A DNA stretch of 64,000 bases, taken from the NCBI GenBank assembly GCA_964016885.1, contig OZ024745.1, positions 31,992,001 through 32,056,000 on the forward strand. Reading direction: 5' to 3'. Source of the DNA: Eledone cirrhosa (Eukaryota). Shown here piece by piece: positions 1 to 13,183 of this stretch (the first letter of the stretch is position 1; each line of letters opens with the position of its first letter). The notes below the pieces were generated by a model. It searched no databases. It saw only the letters and a list, made by a program, of their open reading frames with translations, and was not told where the DNA came from. The position numbers were made by a program, and so were the translations under genes.

Positions 1-80
1 ATCCTTACGGGGTCGATAAAATAAAGTACCAGTAATGCACTGGAATAATTGCTGGCCTTGTGCCTAAAGTAGAAACAATT
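1..80 (+). mobile_element. 3' part of the dominant tRNA-derived SINE family
   Basis: atccttacggggtcgataaaataaagtaccag...ggccttgtgcctaaagtagaaacaatt recurs in full copies at 22731, 23248, 27950 and 50811. Confidence 0.85.
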
Positions 81-1415
81 ATTTATTCAAAGTAATCCAA
101 CTTATTTTACTAAGGGGATAAAAAATTATAAACCGTACGCAGTCCCGCACTCCTTACTTTATTATAGTATAGATTGTTAAAATCAACTATGGCGGACTGA
201 CCTGCTTCAAGGACAACTGACCTGTCATGATAGTATCTGACCAATGAGAAGAAATTATACCCTTCGGATGCCAGAGTTCGTTCATTTTAGTTCATATGCC
301 GCATTTTCTTTGGATAATAACACCACTTTCCGGATCTGGGCGTATCAACAAATTGACAAGGTAAACTCTATTCCTCCATTATGTTTCCATGTTTTTTTCT
401 GTTCTAGTTCTACCTGCCTGATGGGATCATAACTGTTGAACTATGGTTATCACTGAAATATATATTACACAAAATATGAATAAACGAAGTTAATTTTAAT
501 CTGTTGAATTACATTTCTTGTTGTAAATTACTCCGGAGGAAACAGACTCACCTGCACACCTCGTTCATTGCTCTAACCTGGATACTAAAGTGCCGGTAAG
601 CAACCAACACAAACTCAATATATATACATATACGTATATATATCCCGAGTTAAATTGGGTGGAGCCATAGTTAATAAGGTACTCAATACCTTAGTAGAGT
701 ATAAACACTCCTGCAGAGATCAAAAGGTAGTAATCTCTCTGTCGCTTGTCAAACAAGTCAGTCAATCATGACGATATTTAAAGGGGAACAGATCAATGTC
801 AAATTTAGATACCATTGTAAGCTCAGTTGACCTGAAACATTTGATAGGCAGAAAAAAGTTGATTATATAATACGCCCTAGGAAAGAAGTTAGTAGATACA
901 AATCCTTTACTTGTACTAGATATCTGAGAATAATACAAAGCATTACAAAACCAAAAATACGATTGTGAATCGTCTCTTGAACTGAGGCATTGAATTGACT
1001 AAATTTACCATAAAATCCACTTCTATTTCATTACATAGCTTCACTGTTAGGTTAAAGAGCTGGTTACAGTTTGTAACTATATTACTCAAATTTATTCTTG
1101 AAATAGGATCATATATTTTCAATGGAAGTAAGTAAATTTCATTACAATAAATCAATCATGCGTGCACCAGGAGAGATTATATTTTACATTTTCATGATGG
1201 AATGTTAGTAATTGTTGCTGTTCATTGAAGATTGACACCAAAGCCCCTGCTAGCAGTTTCACATACATTTGTTGTAGAGGCACAACTTGTTGGTTATAGA
1301 AGACTCCCCCAAACTATTGAAGAAACATCAGCTTGAGTTGTGGTCTGTGTGTTGCCACTGGTTGACTTTTGCTGCATACGTATCTCCTACAGCTGAAATT
1401 TATTATTGGCTCATA

Positions 1416-1560
1416 AGAGAGGTGTGCGGTAAGGGTGTTGGACTTACGATCATAATGTCGTGAGTTCGATTCCTGGACAGGGTTGTGTGTTGTGTTCTTG
1501 AGCAAAACACTTCATTTCACAATGCTCCGGTATGTTCAGCTGAAAACGAGTACCAGCAAT
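1416..1560 (+). mobile_element. Second tRNA-headed SINE family, partial
   Basis: B-box-like gagttcgattcc followed by tgtgttcttgagcaa; similar to the copy at 52468-52805. Confidence 0.7.
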
Positions 1561-3030
1561 TGCTAGTGGTTTACTTTTTGAATTTTATGGGGGTCTGTTT
1601 GTGTTTTAATGTGTTTTGGTGTAATGAGAGCAGGACATAACATATGAGATTTCTGGTAATGTTCTATTTTTGCCATGTTTAATGTTTAAAGAAAATTAAT
1701 TATCGCAGAAATGCTACCACATAAAATAAAATTTTGCCAAAGATAGACTTGCAAGCAGGGAAAAGCGGACGTAAAATGATGATGATGATGATGATGATGA
1801 TGAAGAGTAGCAAAATTTAATAAGCGGATGGGGGAGATCTCTAAAAAATTATTAACAGGTGTGTGGGGGGGGGGGGCAATTACTTGAGACCCAAGAATAT
1901 GTGAGCATAGCAAAAGCCTTGTTCCAGGCGTGTGAACAGTAATCGAGATGTATGATTAGTAGCTGAGGTGTAGGAAGAGTAATTATAACATTGATCAGTG
2001 ATCAAGGCTTTGAACAGTTAGCAAAAGTAGAGAATATTTAAGCTTTACATCATTATTTTCTGTCATTGAGAATGAAGCCTATATTTTGTAGCACAGTTTT
2101 GATTATATAGAGAACACGTAAGGTTGTTGTGAAACACTATTAGAGATTGTAGGAAAGGAATGTGGTGAAATTTAGTTCCTAAAGTGGGATGATGCAGTTT
2201 TGTGGTTTAAATTCTTGAAATAATTTTAGTTTTGATTATTACCGGATGTTTTTTCATAGATAGATGTTGAGGTTGTGTTTAAAGGAAACCTGTTCATGGA
2301 ATGGAAAAAAAACTGTAGTTCAATCGTACAGTCATATCTTTTAAAAAATAAGATTGTGGGAAATCGATAAACTGAGCTATGGAGTATATTCATAGCGGAA
2401 GCCATTTTATTCACCTCATTATAGCGATATTATAATTAATAAAGGTGGTTGATATCTTTCAGTCATATTTTCTTAAAGCCAAATTTATAACAATTTTGTT
2501 ACACCTTCTTTTTAAAAACTGTAATAACTTTTGCCAATATAAAATCAGTGCTATTCTCTTCAAATTCTAGTGATTATAATGAATTTAGAATCGTTGATAT
2601 ATATTCATTCAAAAATGATGAAATAATAAAATAAGAAAATGAGATTAGATATGTGATGTAGATGCTTTTCAAATACAAAAGGTAATGTCATCTAGGTTGG
2701 GTTTCTCAACGAGGTTGGTTTACTTTAAAATAAATAATATTATTTTTATAGCAGCCTGTTGGCCTTGTGCCTAAATCAGAAACCATTATTTTTATAGCAG
2801 CCACATTTGGCTAATTTAATTGTGAAAGGTTAAAGAATTACCAGGTATTATTAGCAGGAGAAAGGTACCAGAATCTCTAAAGATCTAGTCTTTGGTGATG
2901 CAGCAGCCCAAATAATAAATCGAATCAACGACCGAGGCTTTACGTGGTCACTAAAAATGCAAGAAATAAATGAAGCCAACTTTCATTTATATATCACATC
3001 CTACTGTCTTAAAAAGACTAGGTCTGCATC

Positions 3031-3082
<52 letters not shown>

Positions 3083-3416
3083 TGAAGTCATGGCTTGAAC
3101 TCATTTGATCATTGGTCAAGGCTGACTTTGTGCTAAATGATTATATTAACAATATTAATCCAAACCAACAAAAGACTATCTAACGTGATCATTTGACTCC
3201 CTAGGAAAAAAACATCAGAAAAAACAAAACAAATTAGATACTATGTTGCTAGATACACCTACAAAGACGTCATGTTCATAGCTAGTATAACTTTTGATCA
3301 TAGATCTGCTCAGATTACAGTTCTGTTTAATTTCTTCTTTTCTTTCTTTTTATAACTGACAAGATGTCAACTATATTTTACAACAGAAGTTATACAATGA
3401 GGGAAATGTGAATATA

Positions 3417-4603
3417 TCTATATATTAATTTCAACAATGTCAGTATTCCGTGTGTCATAATTCACGATTATCATTGGTTCATAGGTTTCAAACGACTCCG
3501 CCCACCTCAACGACGCAAAACTTAAATTAATATGCATAATGCCAATGAGGGAGTGAGAGGGGAGAGTAAGAAACAGAGAGGCAAAGTTGGATATACTATG
3601 TATATGTGTCAGTGTAGAGACATGTGTGTGTGTGTGTGATGTGTGTGGAATTAAGAGGGGAAGGAAAGCAATAACTATTAACATGTGTGCGTGTGTATGT
3701 ACGTGCGCATATATTTATGTGTGTGTGCGTGCGTGCAGCGTTCCACAGAAAGTAAAAACTATCAACATGTGTGAGTGTGTGCGTGTGTGTAAGTGCACTG
3801 CTGCGTGTGTAAGTTTGCATGCGTGTGCGCGTTTCCATGCGTGTATGTGTGTGTACGTGCGGCGTTCCACAATCGCCACGCAGTTTATCTGTCTGTGTGC
3901 CTGTCTATCAGGGAGTAAATAGGGACCTTTTTTTACATTGACGGACATCTTTTATATTTATTATTGTGTCATTTTTTTACAATTACTCGAAATGAATACT
4001 GATAATAAAAGCAATTCAACTTTATCAAACAGTGAACTACAGCGGCGACGGCGTGCAGCCAGGAATGAAGAAAAGCGGGCTGAACAGCGCCATCGGAACG
4101 CCGAACTTCAGAGGCGAAGACGGGCCGCCATGAATGAAGAAGAACTGGCTGAAAAACTCCAACGAAACACTGGAGCCAAGCAGCGACGGCGTGCTGCGAT
4201 GGTTGAAGACGAACTGGCTGAGCATCATCTTTTATATTAATCATCTATATCTATATCTACATATAATATAAAAGATTGGAACTTCCATCATCCTTTTGAG
4301 AAACGTGGAACAACCACATCTATGCAATGATACACGTTTTAGAGTCAGGCAGAAGATGAACCATCCCCTAGAGGTCACTATTCAAGGTGGGAGCACCTAG
4401 AATTGTTCATATACTATGCACAAACGGTACAACGAAGAATCTGGTATATCTGGGAGATTTCTTTTTGCTGTTTTTTGTATCACACAGACACCACGGACTC
4501 GCCTCATACTGTAACCAGACAAACATCTAATACAGTCATTTTCTTTTTTACCTGTCTTCTCTTATCATCTGTTTACCCGGGCGAAGCTGGGTACGTCAGC
4601 TAG
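3417..4603 (+). mobile_element. Non-autonomous Helitron-like element
   Basis: 5' TC after A; 3' hairpin acccgggcgaagctgggt then CTAG followed by T. The internal ORF 3938-4240 has repeated QRRRRAA-x-NEE units like the charged N-terminal repeats of Helitron RepHel proteins. Confidence 0.7.
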
Positions 4604-4612
4604 TATATATAT

Positions 4613-5093
4613 ATCAACTATAATAAAGTAAGGAGTGCGTGACTGCGTCCAGAATATATTTTTTAATCCCGTTTGTAAAATAAGTTGGATTACTTTGAAT
4701 AAATAATAAATGAATATTACATACTTTATCTAATAAATTTTGTGGCTGTTGATTAAATATATTTTATTGCTTATTTAAAGATTCACTTCTTTAAAATTTT
4801 CAAATGTCAACGCTTCCAGTTAGCGATCTCTTAAATAAACATTCATATATTTCCGTCACTAATTTTCTCCTAATGCAGTTTATATATAATACCGTCTTTT
4901 TTTAATGTATCATGGATTACGTTACTGATTACATAAGACAGTGTAACGCAGTCTTCGTTCAATTTCTGTGTATATTGTCAATTACGATTTTATTTGATGT
5001 ATCATATCTACATGCATATATAGTTGCGTATAATATCAATATGCACACTACACATGCTAGCAGAAAACCACCCGAAGAGTGGTTTTTCTGCTA
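4613..5093 (+). mobile_element. Helitron-like non-autonomous element
   Basis: The 5' end is the reverse complement of 79-172. The 3' end is the hairpin ctagcagaaaaccac...gtggtttttctgctag, also seen at 29413-29448. Confidence 0.55.
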
Positions 5094-6301
5094 GTATATA
5101 TAATGACCAGAGCAAGAGAAAAAGAAAAGAGAAAGAAAAAAGAAAAAGAAAAAGAAAAAAGGGGAAGTAAAAACAAAAACTAAAATGACCATCAATACAC
5201 CACTAAGTGCGACAATCGGCCGCACATCACAAGGGTCAATGGACTATTTTGAAGCAAGCCAACACTCTCGCAACATTGCCACGGGTGATGACGAGGCTAA
5301 GGCGCAGAAACAACTAGGGACCTCAGCAAGGCGAGCTGCCAGTGATGACAAGAACTTCGCTGTCAGTGGCCCAACTCCACTAAACGTCTTGAATGCCACA
5401 GGCTGAAAAGTTTAATTAGGGTGGATCTGAGGCTAAACAACAATCCAACTTCAGTAAACTTAAATAAAACGGAAACATTGTAATCCTGTTATTGGAACTA
5501 CTTTGTAATCTTAGTCAAAATTCTCAACACCACTGTTTAACATTAACTAATAAAGGGCAGAACTGAGGTTAAACAATAACTTGGGATACTACAGTTCAGT
5601 TACGTCAGTGTCATGAAAGAATTAAATGAAACTATAATTAATTAAGAAAATATTTTTACTTCAGAGGGTAAAAATAAATGCTCTTACTTGTAGATATGTT
5701 TTCTTCTAAATCCATTATATCTCAGATGCTGACTAAATGTAATATATATATGTATGTTTTGTGAGATTCCTAGCAATGGTTAATTCTATTTGTTATATGT
5801 ATTTATATTTGTGTTCATCAACGACATTATAGATGCATATGTTACATCTGTGTCTGTGTGAAATATGTATGTATAAATATATATAAGTATGTATGTGAGT
5901 GTTTGTAGGTCTGTGTCTGTGTTAAGAATATTTTTTGTCTCACTTAATATTTAAATTACCTCCTGGAATCTGTGTGTTTTGTGGAAGAATACTGTCACAG
6001 ATTCAATTATTAAACCAAAGGAATGTGTTAAAAGCTTCATTGGTCAAGTGATGTGTTATCTCAAGTGGTCATTTAGCAAATAACACTCCTCCTTCCTATC
6101 TTCCAATCCCCTTCATTAAATTAAACATTAAAGTTACATTAACTGTAATATTATCAGGAAATTCCCAATTCCAAAACATGTAGAGTTTCGTTATTGTTGT
6201 TGCTGTTGGTCGTCTGACTGTTGTATTTGTTGTTGTTGTTGTTGTGGGGATTTTTATATATACTAGACTACTCGTGACCCATTGGGTCACGAGTAGTCTA
6301 G

Positions 6302-6446
6302 TACAGGTAATCAAAGTGTGTATACATTTTTCCGGGACACCATATATATATATATATATACCGGTGTCCCTAAAAATGTATACACCATTCTAATATATAT
6401 ATTGCCTGTACAGGTAATCAAAGTGTGTATACATTTTTCGGGGACA

Positions 6447-6487
<41 letters not shown>

Positions 6488-6793
6488 GGGGTCCCTAAAA
6501 ATGTATACACCATTCTAATATATATATATTGCCTGTACAGATAATCAAAGTGTGTATACATTTTTCGGGGACACCATATATATATATATACCGGGGTCCC
6601 TAAAAATGTGTACACCATTCTAATATATATATTGCCTGTGCAGGTAATCAAAGTGTGTATACATTTTTCGGGGACACTATATATATATATATATAATAAT
6701 ACCGGGGTCCCTAAAAATGTATATACCATCCTAACAAATAATGCATGTATAGGCAATCAAAGTGGGTATACATTTTTGGGGGGACAACCTGTA
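6302..6793. repeat. Tandem array of ~110-125 bp Tc1/mariner-like MITE terminal units separated by (TA)n
   Basis: About four copies of caggtaatcaaagtgtgtatacatttttcgggacacc-(TA)n-ccggggtccctaaaaatgtatacaccattctaat; the two halves are mutually inverted. Confidence 0.65.
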
Positions 6794-6871
6794 TATACAC
6801 AAATATGAACATATATATATATAGAGAAAGTGTGTGCAAGCGAGCAACCAATCAAGATCAGAGTTTTAGTA

Positions 6872-6959
<88 letters not shown>

Positions 6960-7294
6960 TACTTATTAGTGTATAATTGATGTCATTGACATTATTTTCG
7001 CCCAACTTAAGAAACCACCTTCCAAAGAGAAGTTCCAGGAACCAATATTACACAAGAAAAGAAGAAAAAAAATGACAAAAATGCAAAAAACGTCAGTTAT
7101 CCTTCTATCATTGTCTACCAAAAAAGAAAATTTTTGAATTAAAAATTGATTTCTCTATGATATTGTGGCGTTCAGATCTTTTTCATAATCTTCACATTAT
7201 CTGATAGTTTAGTAATTTAAATTTAATTTTTTTTAAATCGTTTTCTGCATTTTCGGTACAACTGGAATATGTGAGAGTGTGTATGTGTGTGTTC

Positions 7295-7379
<85 letters not shown>

Positions 7380-7509
7380 CATATATCACCATCACCAGTA
7401 TCGTTTAAGACCGTTTTTCATGCTAGTATGGGTCGTCAGGATCTGACACATACATTATATATATCACATAAAAAACGGAGAATCAGTGTTGCGACGAATA
7501 AAATGTATT

Positions 7510-7606
7510 AGACATATTACAATCGTTTCTCTGGCGACCAGCTGGAGGCACGATCGGTGTGATGATCGAATCTGACTCTGAAATCGCAAGGTCCTCAGAT
7601 ACGTCT
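7510..7606 (-). ncRNA. Type I hammerhead ribozyme motif (Penelope-type remnant)
   Basis: Minus strand reads agacgtat-CTGAGGA-ccttgcga...tcgccaga-GAAA-cgattg-TA-atatgtct: 8-bp stem I, imperfect extended stem II, near-palindromic stem III. Confidence 0.7.
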
Positions 7607-7734
7607 CGATTCTACGAAGCATAGTTTCCAAATATCCAGTTGCACCCGTGGCCTTTGCTTGTCAGCTTAGATCCTGTTGTTGTCATTCTATCATTTTTAT
7701 ATGATATCATACTCTGCTCCGTGAGTGCGTCGAG

Positions 7735-7829
<95 letters not shown>

Positions 7830-7954
7830 CAAATAGTATGTATCCAGTTCCACCACATGGAAGGAGAGTTTAGCACTGTACACATCTACGTTACAGTTAA
7901 GACACACACGTAGAATTGCTAAACATTTTGGTGCCAATATAAAGTCATACAAAG

Positions 7955-8165
7955 GGCAGTGAATTGATAGTATCGGTAGAGCATCGGACCCAAGGCTTTG
8001 CAATATAGAGTTACATCCTTTTACGTTCTGAGTTCAAATCCAGCCGAGGTTGCCTTCCATCCTTATTGGATCAATAAAATAAAGTCCCAGTAATGCAGTG
8101 GAGTCAATTTAAATGACTTCCCCTCCCCCAAAATTGTTGGACTTGTACCTAAATCAGAAACCATT
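7955..8165 (+). mobile_element. tRNA-derived SINE copy
   Basis: Head gcagtgaattgatagtatcggtagagcatcggac, B box gagttcaaatcc, family 3' tail. Confidence 0.8.
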
Positions 8166-9356
8166 ATAAAGTCATACAGACCAGATCGTTATAGAATAAG
8201 ATCATCAGAATAATTCCTTTAAATTCTATATGGAACAGATGGATGTTGAAAGAATTTTCACAAAAAGCCCAGAGATTGAAACAATAAATATAATTCTGGG
8301 CAACGTATGTACACCCTAACCCACCACTACCACCACTGGGTGCAACCAGAAACATCATGAAAATGTTACTGTTGGCATGGTATGTACACCTAAAGTCCCC
8401 TTCAGCTTGTCCAAGAGGTAATCCCTACATACAGAATGACAGTGTGACTATGAGCTCCCCTCTGACACTCATTCACGTTTACATGTCAAAAGGGAAAAAC
8501 AGTTTTCCCTAACCACAACCACACCTACACTAGGTATGTCAACAACATATCTGTTGTGACTGACACTGATGAACAGACAGATCTTGAGAATAATTACATC
8601 TTGACATTTACAATACATCATGGCACCAATGGAAACTAGGTCCCCAATACCACCCCTAGCTTAGAAATAAATGTAGGGATTAGGAATAACAAATACAGTG
8701 CTTCTGTATGGAACTTTGACTGTCTCTGTTAGAGATAAATGACAAAGTATCAGTGATGACTCACAAGAAAAGCTAGCTACCACCTTGTATTTTACTTCAA
8801 CAACTACACTCAACATTCATTGAAGTTCAGTGTCCAAATTCCTCCATATTAACTTGGACCTATAGTACAGAAGTAATTACTGCATTCTTCGCCGTCACTT
8901 GTGTATCTGGCTTCTCCAGACATTATTCTGGTCAAAAAGGAGTGCACAAAATACATTGTATAGGCACTATATGTATATTGTTTATGTCTTGACACAAACA
9001 TACAATTGTTCAATACAGTGTTATGTTAGACATTGTATATGTTAATCTATGTGAGATAGAGATTACCATCCTGAAATGCAGTTTCACAGACAATTCAAAA
9101 TATCCTTTATTACAGTTCATGAAATCGTTTCATTCTTAAAATGTTAATATGTTCTAAATACTTTGAGTTACTTAGTGGCAAATTCTAGAAATATTTCTGG
9201 AACGGTATATGTATGTATGGATGAATGTATGGATGGATGGGCGCATGTATGTGTGCGTGTGTATATAAATACAATACTCATAACACACACACATATATAT
9301 ATATATACGTACATATATATACTTAAATACATGCGTGTATCTATATATATTATATA

Positions 9357-9415
<59 letters not shown>

Positions 9416-9487
9416 GTGAGGTTTTTTTTTTTTTTTTTTTTTTTTTACCAAATGAAAAATAACCGAGGTGTCCTACACGAGTGAGAG

Positions 9488-9757
9488 TATAAAGAAAAAG
9501 AGATGAAATCGAAAATGCAACTGGAGCTTATTTTTTTAAAAAATATATATATTTATTTGGTTCCTTTACCGGCTTTGCAGTTCTTCTGCTTTTCAAAAGG
9601 TGAGTTGAGATGGAGGGTCTGTGGTTTCCACAGACCCTCCATCTCAACTCACCTTTTGAAAAGCAGAAGAACTGCAAAGCCGGTAAAGGAACCAAATAAA
9701 TATATATATTTTTAAAAAAAATAAGCTCCAGTTGCATTTTCGATTTCATCTCTTTTT

Positions 9758-9764
<7 letters not shown>
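9488..9764. repeat. Near-perfect 277-bp palindrome (3-nt loop at 9625-9627)
   Basis: The arms are reverse complements around ctgtgg-ttt-ccacag. The ORF track shows almost the same peptide on both strands (9503-9715 + and the end of 9528-10208 -). Confidence 0.95.
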
Positions 9765-9828
<64 letters not shown>

Positions 9829-9877
9829 CATATACATACATATATATACATATACATATACATATATTTATATATAT

Positions 9878-9943
<66 letters not shown>

Positions 9944-9983
9944 ATATATAGATAGATATATACATATACATACATATATATAC

Positions 9984-10056
<73 letters not shown>

Positions 10057-10067
10057 CATATATATAC

Positions 10068-10145
<78 letters not shown>

Positions 10146-10282
10146 GTATATATATATATAGATATATATATAGATATATACATATACATACATATATATA
10201 TATAACACAGATATATATATTTATACATACATATACATACACATATATATATATATATACATGTGTATATATACATATATAT

Positions 10283-10891
10283 GGTAGCTGCCAACTCGTT
10301 TTCGAGTACGGCCACTACTTTATATCCATGTAGGAGAACCCCTACCGAAGCGCTGAGCAAGTGTGACTTTTTAGTCCAGCCAACGACTTGAAAACTCTGG
10401 TACAAACACTACACTTGTGACAATTATTGACACATAGTGCTGAGCACATGGTACCATGTGACAACAAGTGCAGAGAGATCTCCAGATATAAAGCAATGCC
10501 TGTGCCGTGAAGCTTTTATAGTGAGCAAAGGCACTGCACAAAGCTAGTCCCACTCTCTTAACCAAGATGATATTTACCAAAAAGAAGAACAAGTCAACAT
10601 CATTGGATACCATCAGGGTTGCAGGTGTTATATCAGAGTTTTCCTTCTCCTAGAATTCTCCCTTGACAAAGGCTAAGGGGTCATCTCTCCCGGTGATTTT
10701 GGATGGCCATTGACTCTTAAGAGCTCCTTTGCCCTTTGACAGGTTTTGTTTTTAGTCCTGCAGGATGTCCAAAGTTACCTTCCTCACCAAGAAACCTTGG
10801 TGGAGTTGCCAGTTTAATAACCAAAGACCCGACCATGGGACAGGTTGTACTGGGATACATGTTACCAGTAGCACCAACTGGTGACCTGACA
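10283..10891 (-). mobile_element. Non-autonomous RTE-related retroelement, 5'-truncated copy 1 of 4
   Basis: Near-identical to 18909-19500, 48975-49750 and 50324-50734. All share the left boundary next to a TA/TACA microsatellite. The minus strand encodes [17 protein letters not shown], like an RTE C-terminal zinc-finger remnant. Confidence 0.7.
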
Positions 10892-10990
10892 TATATATAC
10901 ATATATATACACATATACATACATATATATATATATACACATATATATATATATATACATACATACGTATATATATATATATATATATAT

Positions 10991-12480
10991 CTAAGGCGGG
11001 TAAAATTCCCGAGATCCATGGACGAGTTCTCTCCAGCGGTCTCTGTCCCTCATTATCGCTGCCATATCCTGCATCTCCAACAGACCAGTGTCTGTCCTTA
11101 GGGCATCAACATATGTTAACCTTGGTCTTCCTCTTCTAGTGTGTCCATGTAGGGGCTCCCAAAGGAGCACTGAGTGCAATGTCAACTCTGGATGTCGGTG
11201 AGCATGTCCAGCCAACCTCAGTCTTCTCTGTGTCACTTTTGAGCTGACTTTTGGGATGCTCCCATACAGCTCTGAGTTTTTCATCCTCAGTGTATACTGA
11301 TTAATGTTCAGAGCCATCCTCAGCATTCTCGTGTAGCACCCATCCACCATCTGAGTGAGTCTCTTGGTCAGTGTCCACGTCTCAGACCCATACAGCAGCA
11401 CAGACTCCACTACAGCAATGAAGAGGCGGATTTTCAGGTCTCTACGAAGGTCTGACTTCCACACCGATCTCAAGCTGTGACACGCCGCCCAGGCCTTGCT
11501 CTTCCTCTCAACCACATCATCTTCCGTATTCCCAATCTTTGCTCCCAAATACAGGAAGTCCTCAACCAATTCCAGCGGCTTCCCGCCTACATTAGTGATC
11601 CCCTCTGGCTTCTCAACATTCTCTACCAGATATTTTGTTTTAGTCTCATTCATTCTCAGCCCCACACTCATCGACACAGTCTCAACCTCCCGCATCAAAT
11701 CCCCTGCCTCCTTCACTGTATTTGTCACCAAAACTATGTCGTCGGCAAACTCAGCATCCGATACCTTTTTCGCCCCAACTCTCCTGCTCTGAGCGGGTGC
11801 CACAGTAAAGCCAGAGTCCTGGTGTTTCTCCAGTGCAAGGCGCATACAATAGTCCACTACGATGATAAAAAGGTAGGGAGCCAATGTATCTCCCTGGAGC
11901 ACTCCAGCCAGTATCTCAAAGAACTCTGTCATCCCATCAGGTGTAATGACTTGGGCTTTGGTGTTGGTGTAGAGCAGTGATATCAGGTCCACTATCCTCT
12001 TGGGGATTCCATAAGCCTGTAAGATCTTCATCAGGCAGTAACGGTCCACAGAATCAAAGGCCTTCCTAAAGTCAATGAAAACCATGACTGCAGGAAGGCA
12101 CTTTGCTCTAGCTCCCTCTAATATCCTCCTCAGCATCAGGATGTGACTGGTGGTTGATCTACCCTCTCTGAAGCCGTTCTGGTTGTCCCTGAGCTTCTTC
12201 TCCATCTCAGGCTGGATCCTGTTAAGAATCATCCTGTTGAGGGTCTTTGCCACAAGTGACGTCAGTGAGATCCCCCGGTAGTTGTTGGTGTTAGAGAGAT
12301 CTCCCTTCTTTGGCACTGGGACGATGTTACTGATCCTCCACTGATTCGGGGCAACTCCTTTCTCCAGTGCCCCGTTACAGAACCCCAGGATGATATCATC
12401 AAAATCACACCTCTTCATCACCTCTGATGCCACTCCATCCTCTCCATGAGCCTTGCCCTCCTTGATCTTCTTCTTGGCTC
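10991..12480 (-). mobile_element. RTE-clade non-LTR retrotransposon, 5'-truncated, open reverse transcriptase frame (ORF 10991-12433)
   Basis: RT motifs PKKGDLS..NYRGISL, QNGFR, FIDFRKAFDSV, GVLQGDTLAPYLF, FADD, plus the RTE-type C-terminus LLYGSETW...RRLRLAGH...RGRP. Ends in (TA)n. Confidence 0.92.
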
Positions 12481-13183
12481 ATATATACCTATATATAAAA
12501 GTTTATCCTGGGTTCAATCGGGGGTAACCACAGTAAGTAAGGTACTCAATACAAAGCAGAGTATAAATATTTAATATAGAAAAGCTTCGACAGGCCCTGT
12601 ACAAGCTTATATATATATATATATATATAAACGTTAGAATATGTGTAATAAGGCCAAGACAATGCAGATATGGACATAGAAAAAAGAATGCAATTGTGAA
12701 AGATATTGATGTGAATTCGTCTTTCACCTTGAATTTATTTAAATGTCCTTAATTTTCGAGATAATATCTCTTCTTCGGAGGGAAGTAAAGGTCTCAGTCC
12801 AGCGTCTTTAAATCTTTAATGAAGCCATGCTGACCGGAAATAGTATAGAGTATCTGTTCTAACTTTAATATCAAAGAATTAAAATTAGGTGGATAAAGAG
12901 TAGTCTCCCTTTAAGAGGGGTTTGTTTATGTTTTGTTTTTGTTTTTGTATTGTTTTTTTAAATTTTAAATGCGTGCCTGTATATGTGTGTGGGAGAATGC
13001 ATGAAGGTGTAGGTATGTGTGTGTGTGTGTGTGAGTGTGGGAAGATAGGTCTAATCGTAAAAGTGGGGGGTAGGTGTTATCTGGTGTTAGAACTGGTTTT
13101 GTGTGTGTATGTGTGAGAGAGAATAAGTGGAGGTGTGCGCGTGCGTGTGTGTGGGGTGAGTAAAAATGGGGCTAGAGGCCCTA

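Noticed and set aside
943-1155. Possible Tc1 transposase C-terminal remnant (NLVNSMP)
   Set aside because: The similarity is only a few residues and no TIRs were found.
3938-4240. Arg/Glu-rich ORF as a host gene
   Set aside because: It lies inside Helitron-like termini and resembles a transposon protein fragment.
9528-10405. Long YI/IY-rich ORFs (also 6318-7885, 18228-19031 and others)
   Set aside because: These are translations of (TA)n, (CA)n and (TACA)n microsatellites.
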